A stretch of DNA of 64,000 bases, taken from positions 18,577 to 82,576 of the forward strand of contig DJPH01000014.1 of assembly GCA_002439755.1 (NCBI GenBank), read 5' to 3'. The notes below the pieces were generated by a model that saw only the letters and a program-made list of their open reading frames with translations, had not been told where the DNA came from and searched no databases. Source of the DNA: Prevotellaceae bacterium UBA6417. GTDB lineage: Bacteria > Bacteroidota > Bacteroidia > Bacteroidales > Bacteroidaceae. Positions within the stretch are counted from its first letter, which is position 1; each line of letters begins with the position of its first letter. Below, one piece after another: positions 58,768 to 64,000 of the stretch. The position numbers and the translations under genes were made by a program.

Positions 58768-60012
58768 ATGATCATCAACGACCCCGTCTTCGGGTTCATC
58801 GAAATACCCGAAGGCCTATTGGCACAACTCGCGAGACATCCCATCATGATAAGGCTGACCCGGCTCAAACAGCTGGGAGCCACCCACTACGTATATCCCG
58901 GAGCCGTGCATACACGCTTCGGACATTCTATCGGAGCCTACCATCTGGTCACCGAAGCCCTCGGCACATTGGAGAAAAAAGGGGTAGTAATAACCAAGGA
59001 CGAATGTCTGGGAACGCAAATCGCAATGCTGCTCCACGACATAGGACACGGGCCGATGTCGCATGCACTGGAAAACACATTGGTCAAAGACGTCGAACAC
59101 GAAACCATCTCGCTGCTGCTGATGCAGCGCCTCAACCAAGAGACCGGCGGACAACTGGAAACAGCCATCAGCATCTTCAAAGACCAACACCCCAAGCATT
59201 TCCTCCATGAACTGATATGCAGCCAACTCGATATGGACCGTCTGGACTACCTGTGCCGCGACAGCTTCTTCGCAGGAATCAGGGAAGGAACCATCGGAGT
59301 GGCACGCATCATCAAAATGCTCGATGTCAGAAACGACCGCCTCGTCATAGACCACAAAGGCATCTATACCATAGAAAACTACCTGATGGCACGCCGCCTT
59401 ATGTATTGGCAAGTCTATCTGCACAAAACAGCAATGGCCGCACAAGAAGTGCTCAGAATGACCGTAGAGCGGGCAAAAGACCTGATGCGCAAAGGGCTGA
59501 AACTGCCCTGCACGCCACAGCTGGCCTACTTCCTGCAAAGCGACATCACAGCAAAAGCAATGGACAACCAACCGCAATGGGCAGACCGTTTCACAGCCAT
59601 TGACGACAGCGACATGGAAAATGCCATCAAGCAATGGACCACCTGCGAAGACAAAGTGCTGGCACTGCTCGCCTCAGACTACATCGACCGGCATCTCTTC
59701 AAGTCAAAAGAGTTGACAGGACCCATAACAGACCGGGCCTTGAACCAATTGCGCCGGCAAATGGCCTCACATCTCGGCATCAGCGAGCAAGAGGCCTCCT
59801 ATCTCGTACGCTACAAAGAAACCGACCAGATGCTCTATTCATCCGATGACGAGCACATATGCATCTCATTTAAAGACGGTACCACCCGTGACATCTCGGA
59901 ATGCTCCGAGTTATTGAAATCCAATCTGACCGACAAGAAAAGCAAACGCTACAATCTTTACTATCAGCGCAGCCCCTTACAAATACCGGCCGATTTTTGC
60001 CTGCCAGAGTGA
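58768..60012 (+). CDS. HD-domain phosphohydrolase (YdhJ/SAMHD1-like)
   Basis: RFGHSIGAYHL, LLHDIGHGPMSH and DMDRLDYLCRDS motifs. Confidence 0.75.
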   Translation: MIINDPVFGFIEIPEGLLAQLARHPIMIRLTRLKQLGATHYVYPGAVHTRFGHSIGAYHLVTEALGTLEKKGVVITKDECLGTQIAMLLHDIGHGPMSHALENTLVKDVEHETISLLLMQRLNQETGGQLETAISIFKDQHPKHFLHELICSQLDMDRLDYLCRDSFFAGIREGTIGVARIIKMLDVRNDRLVIDHKGIYTIENYLMARRLMYWQVYLHKTAMAAQEVLRMTVERAKDLMRKGLKLPCTPQLAYFLQSDITAKAMDNQPQWADRFTAIDDSDMENAIKQWTTCEDKVLALLASDYIDRHLFKSKELTGPITDRALNQLRRQMASHLGISEQEASYLVRYKETDQMLYSSDDEHICISFKDGTTRDISECSELLKSNLTDKKSKRYNLYYQRSPLQIPADFCLPE

Positions 60013-60084
60013 AAATGTTCATACTACGTATATAATATGTCTGCTTTTTTTGCGATATTTGCAGACTAAAGTGGATAAAAAACA

Positions 60085-61131
60085 ATGGAATTTACAGCAA
60101 AACAAATTGCATCCCATCTCCATGGAACTATAGAAGGCAATGAAAATGCAACAGTACATACATTCGCTAAAATAGAGGAAGCTCACGAAGGTTCAATATC
60201 CTTTCTGGCCAATCTCGCCTATGAGCACTACCTCTATGACACAAAGGCAAGCATTGTATTGGTGAACAAGGATTTCAAGCCTCAACAGCCCGTTGCCGCA
60301 ACACTCATACGCGTGGACAACGCCTATGAATGCATAGCAAGCCTGCTGGCACTCTATGAACAGAGCAAACCGCAGAAAAAAGGCATCAGTTCGCTGGCTT
60401 CGATAGCCGCAAGTGCCAAAATCGGAGACGACTGCTATATAGAGCCCTTCGTGTGTATCGGCGAGAATGTGGTGATAGGCAGCCACACACAGATCTATGC
60501 TCACTCGACAATCTGCGACAATGCCAAAGTGGGCGACAACAGCCTGTTGTATCCCAACGTGACAGTCTACCACGACTGCATCATAGGCAGCAATGTCATA
60601 CTCCATTCAGGTGTCGTGATAGGGGCCGACGGCTTCGGCTTCGCTCCCACGGCAGAGGGATATGAGAAGATACCGCAAATAGGCATCGTCACCATAGAAG
60701 ACAATGTTGAAATAGGCGCAAATGCCTGTGTGGACCGCTCAACCATGGGGTCTACATTTGTCAAAAAAGGAGTGAAGCTCGACAACCTGGTGCAGATAGC
60801 ACACAATGTGACTGTAGGCGAAAACACCGTAATGAGTGCCCAAGTGGGCGTAGCCGGCTCAACCAAGATAGGAAAATGGTGCATGTTTGGCGGACAAGTG
60901 GGAATTGCCGGCCATTCCACCATAGGAGACTTCACCAAAAGTGGGGCACAGGCAGGCATCGCAGGCAGCATACCAAAGGGCAACACCACAATCATCGGCT
61001 CCCCGGCCATCGAGGCTCGACGCTTCGCACGTTGCAACGCCGTGTTCCGCAACCTTCCACAGCTGTCGAAAGAAGTGCAGGACCTGAAAGCCGAAATAGA
61101 AGAATTAAAACAATCACTCAACCAAAAATAA
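60085..61131 (+). CDS. lpxD: UDP-3-O-acylglucosamine N-acyltransferase
   Basis: LpxD N-terminal domain, a left-handed beta-helix of hexapeptide repeats and a C-terminal coiled helix. It sits in the lpx cluster. Confidence 0.9.
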   Translation: MEFTAKQIASHLHGTIEGNENATVHTFAKIEEAHEGSISFLANLAYEHYLYDTKASIVLVNKDFKPQQPVAATLIRVDNAYECIASLLALYEQSKPQKKGISSLASIAASAKIGDDCYIEPFVCIGENVVIGSHTQIYAHSTICDNAKVGDNSLLYPNVTVYHDCIIGSNVILHSGVVIGADGFGFAPTAEGYEKIPQIGIVTIEDNVEIGANACVDRSTMGSTFVKKGVKLDNLVQIAHNVTVGENTVMSAQVGVAGSTKIGKWCMFGGQVGIAGHSTIGDFTKSGAQAGIAGSIPKGNTTIIGSPAIEARRFARCNAVFRNLPQLSKEVQDLKAEIEELKQSLNQK

Positions 61132-61137
61132 AGCAGC

Positions 61138-62523
61138 ATGCTAAAACAAAAGACCCTGAAAGGCAGTTTCTCCCTATATGGCAAGGGGCTTCATACCGGG
61201 TTACATATCACTGCAACGTTCAATCCGGCACCAGAGAACACAGGCTACAAAATCCAACGTATTGATCTGGAAGGCCAGCCAATCATCGATGCAATAGCCG
61301 AGAATGTGGTGGATATGACGCGAAGCACAGTCCTCGCCAAAGGCGAAGCACGATGCTCAACGGTAGAACATGCATTGGCCGCCCTCTATGGAATGGACAT
61401 CGACAACTGCCTCATCCAAGTGAACGGTCCCGAAATGCCTATCCTCGAAGGTAGCGCAGAAGCATACATCGAAAGCATAAAAAACGTAGGCATAGTAGAG
61501 CAAAACGCCAATAAGGATGTATACATCATCCGTAAAAAAATAGAAGTGCACGACGAAGCCACAGGGGCATCCATCGTGATACTCCCTGACGACAGCTTCA
61601 GCATTACGGCAATGATTTCCTATCAGTCAAAGTGGTTCTCAAGCCAGTTCGCTACATTAGAGAACGTCAAAGACTTTGACAAGGAGATAGCCCGTGCGCG
61701 TACGTTTGTCTTTGTGCGCGATGTCGAACCCCTGCTTCAGGCCGGCTACATCAAAGGAGGTGACTTGGACAATGCCATAGTCATTTATGAAGAAGAAATA
61801 CCTCAGGAACGTCTTGACAAGCTGGCCGACCATTTAGGCGTAGCACATGTGGATGCAAAGAAGCTGGGATTCCTCAATACGAAACCTCTGGTATGGGAGA
61901 ATGAACCCGCACGCCACAAGCTTCTGGACATCGTGGGCGACATGGCTCTGATAGGACGCCCTATTCGCGGACGCATCATTGCCACCAAGCCCGGCCATTC
62001 CATCAACAACAAGTTTGCACGGCAGATAAGGCGTGAAATACGTGCACACGAGGTGCAGGCACCCATATACGACTGCAACAACGCACCCCTGATGGACGTT
62101 AACCGCATACGTGAGCTTCTTCCGCACCGCTACCCCATGCAGCTGGTTGACAAAGTCATTGAAATAGGTTCCAACTTTATCGTGGCAGTGAAAAACGTAA
62201 CAAGCAATGAGCCCTTCTTTCAAGGCCACTTCCCCCAGGAGCCTGTCATGCCCGGCGTGCTTCAGATAGAGGCAATGGCACAGGCAGGAGGCTTGCTCGT
62301 GCTCAACTCTGTAGAGGAGCCCGAACGCTGGAGCACCTACTTCATGAAAATAGACGGCGTGAAATTCCGTCAGAAAGTAGTGCCTGGTGATACACTCATC
62401 TTCAGAGTGGAACTGCTGGCCCCTATCAGGCACGGCGTTTCCTCAATGAAAGGCTTTGTCTTTGTAGGCGACAAAGTGGTGAGCGAAGCCACCTTTACAG
62501 CCCAAATAGTAAAGAACAAGTAA
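61138..62523 (+). CDS. lpxC/fabZ: bifunctional UDP-3-O-acyl-GlcNAc deacetylase / 3-hydroxyacyl-ACP dehydratase
   Basis: LpxC motifs (GKGLHTG, TVEHALAAL, HKLLD.VGD) fused to a FabZ hot-dog domain (FFQGHFP..PVMPGVLQIEAMAQ). Confidence 0.95.
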   Translation: MLKQKTLKGSFSLYGKGLHTGLHITATFNPAPENTGYKIQRIDLEGQPIIDAIAENVVDMTRSTVLAKGEARCSTVEHALAALYGMDIDNCLIQVNGPEMPILEGSAEAYIESIKNVGIVEQNANKDVYIIRKKIEVHDEATGASIVILPDDSFSITAMISYQSKWFSSQFATLENVKDFDKEIARARTFVFVRDVEPLLQAGYIKGGDLDNAIVIYEEEIPQERLDKLADHLGVAHVDAKKLGFLNTKPLVWENEPARHKLLDIVGDMALIGRPIRGRIIATKPGHSINNKFARQIRREIRAHEVQAPIYDCNNAPLMDVNRIRELLPHRYPMQLVDKVIEIGSNFIVAVKNVTSNEPFFQGHFPQEPVMPGVLQIEAMAQAGGLLVLNSVEEPERWSTYFMKIDGVKFRQKVVPGDTLIFRVELLAPIRHGVSSMKGFVFVGDKVVSEATFTAQIVKNK

Positions 62524-62533
62524 TTCAAAACCA

Positions 62534-63313
62534 ATGAACAAAATCAGCCCGTTGGCTTATGTCAGCCCCGAAGCCATAATAGGAGACAATTGCGAGATAG
62601 GGCCTTTCTGCTATATAGACAGGAACGTGAAGATTGGAAACAACAATGTCCTGATGAACAGTGTCACTGTTCTATATGGCGCACGTATAGGAAACGACAA
62701 CCGATTCTTTCCGGGTGCAGTCATCAGTGCCATTCCTCAGGATTTGAAGTTCAAGGGAGAAGAAACAGTAGCCGAAATAGGTGATGGCAACACCATCCGT
62801 GAAAATGTGACCATTAACAGGGGAACGGCGGCAAAAGGCAAGACAGTCATAGGCAATGGTAACCTGCTGATGGAGGGCTCGCATGTGGCACACGATGCTA
62901 AAGTAGGGAACCGCTGCATCATAGGCAACACCACAAAAATAGCCGGAGAAGTCACAATAGACGATAACGCCGTAATCAGTGCATGCGTACTTATCCATCA
63001 GTTCTGCCACGTAGGCAGCTATATTATGCTTGGAGGTGGCACACGCACGGGGCAGGATATTCCGCCTTATGTGATGGTAGCCCGTGAACCTGCACAGTAT
63101 TGCGGCCTGAATTTGGTAGGATTGCGCCGCCATGGCTTTACACCCGAGCAGATCGGAATCATACATGATGCCTATCGCATCATCTATGACAGGGGAATCT
63201 CAATGGAAGAGCGCATTGCCAAAATACGCAAACAGTTTCCCGACAGCCCGGAAGCCCGCTATATTACAAGTTTTGTAGAATCGTCTCAACGAGGCATTGT
63301 TTATGATAAGTAG
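62534..63313 (+). CDS. lpxA: acyl-ACP--UDP-GlcNAc O-acyltransferase
   Basis: Hexapeptide-repeat beta-helix and a C-terminal helical domain (NLVGLRRHGF). Confidence 0.9.
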   Translation: MNKISPLAYVSPEAIIGDNCEIGPFCYIDRNVKIGNNNVLMNSVTVLYGARIGNDNRFFPGAVISAIPQDLKFKGEETVAEIGDGNTIRENVTINRGTAAKGKTVIGNGNLLMEGSHVAHDAKVGNRCIIGNTTKIAGEVTIDDNAVISACVLIHQFCHVGSYIMLGGGTRTGQDIPPYVMVAREPAQYCGLNLVGLRRHGFTPEQIGIIHDAYRIIYDRGISMEERIAKIRKQFPDSPEARYITSFVESSQRGIVYDK

Positions 63314-63315
63314 CT

Positions 63316-63855
63316 ATGTTGTTCAAGATTACTTTTATTTGTGACGAAGTAGAAGATTTTCTCCGCGAAATCACTATTGATGCCGATGCTTCTTTCCTTG
63401 ATTTGAACAAGGCAATATTGGATGCATGCGACTATTCGGATGACCAGATAACTGTTTTTTATATCTGCGATGACAAATGGGAAACCAAAGAACAAATCAC
63501 ACGCGAAGATATGGAAACAGGAAAGTCCGACCAGGATATCTATATCATGGAAAAGGCTGTGTTGCGGGATTTTATACACGATGAAGGACAAAAGCTCATC
63601 TATGTATTCGATTCCTTCTATGATCGCGTGCTTTATGCAAAGGTAACTGAGGTGATTACCGGCAAGAACTGCGAGAAACCTGTATGCAGTCGCTCTAAGG
63701 GCAAAGCTCCGGAGCAGATAGCTCTTGAAGATGAGAACCTGACAAAGTTGGCGCAGACCGATGATGACCTTATGGATAATGACGATTTCTATGGCAGCGA
63801 TGAATACGATCAGGACGACATAGATACCGATGGCTTTGAGATAGAAGAACGTTGA
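63316..63855 (+). CDS. hypothetical protein with a very acidic tail (possibly a PRiA4_ORF3/MM3350-like fold)
   Basis: 179 aa. The N-terminal pattern FKITFICDEVEDFLREITIDADASFLDLNKAILDA resembles that family, and the C-terminus is D/E-rich. Confidence 0.3.
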   Translation: MLFKITFICDEVEDFLREITIDADASFLDLNKAILDACDYSDDQITVFYICDDKWETKEQITREDMETGKSDQDIYIMEKAVLRDFIHDEGQKLIYVFDSFYDRVLYAKVTEVITGKNCEKPVCSRSKGKAPEQIALEDENLTKLAQTDDDLMDNDDFYGSDEYDQDDIDTDGFEIEER

Positions 63856-63858
63856 AGC

Positions 63859-64000
63859 ATGTCCGATGAAGACGGCAAAGAAGGTGTGAAGACGTTATTT
63901 GTATTACTCGGCCCGACCGGCGTTGGAAAAACAGAATTGAGTTTTTCCATCGCCGGTTTGCTTCATTCACCGGTCATCAGTGCAGATTCGCGACAGATAT
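63859..64000 (+). CDS. miaA: tRNA dimethylallyltransferase (5' partial, runs off the window)
   Basis: P-loop [13 protein letters not shown] followed by ISADSRQ. Confidence 0.8.
   Translation, partial: MSDEDGKEGVKTLFVLLGPTGVGKTELSFSIAGLLHSPVISADSRQI

Noticed and set aside
58768-60012. The HD-domain (SAMHD1/dGTPase-like) protein as an anti-phage dNTP-depletion defence gene.
   Set aside because: It sits in a conserved-looking housekeeping run (prfA-pyrF-HD-lpxD-lpxC/fabZ-lpxA) with no neighbouring defence or mobile genes. Nothing in the sequence distinguishes it from the ordinary YdhJ-type housekeeping family.

Overview
This window reads as a chromosomal segment from a Bacteroidota/Bacteroidales genome. 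The evidence is SusC/SusD pairs, a fused LpxC-FabZ, meso-DAP dehydrogenase, many exact TAnnTTTG -7 promoter boxes and one protein with a T9SS-type C-terminal sorting signal. This looks Prevotella-like, but the taxon cannot be verified here. I support about 50 protein genes from motifs read directly in the translations. I saw no rRNA, tRNA, CRISPR array, transposase or integrase. Most of the window is housekeeping: prmC-recX-comF; a PurF-like gene; an RprXY-like two-component pair; ddh, truA, phoH, purC, ubiE, aroE, lemA/TPM and purM; cca, tsaB, murA-rimM-dxr-rseP; and prfA-pyrF, lpxD-lpxC/fabZ-lpxA and miaA. The accessory part (about 10.9-35.5 kb) holds a GH2 beta-galactosidase, two tandem [fasciclin-domain lipoprotein - SusC - SusD] modules and a 1,499-codon lectin-like T9SS cargo gene. 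Two things are not explained by ordinary annotation. (1) Four intergenic arrays (about 5.0, 30.5, 45.6 and 56.3 kb) are built from 22-23 bp units centred on TGTACA or short palindromes. Two of them form a 153-bp, roughly 94% identical inverted pair bracketing 40 kb. (2) A C7 homopolymer separates the promoter-proximal ATG and signal peptide of the T9SS cargo gene from the rest of its reading frame, so this is either a phase-variation candidate or a homopolymer sequencing error. I found no clear novel multi-gene system such as a defence island. The repeat family is the best candidate for something undescribed, but its novelty cannot be established without database searches.
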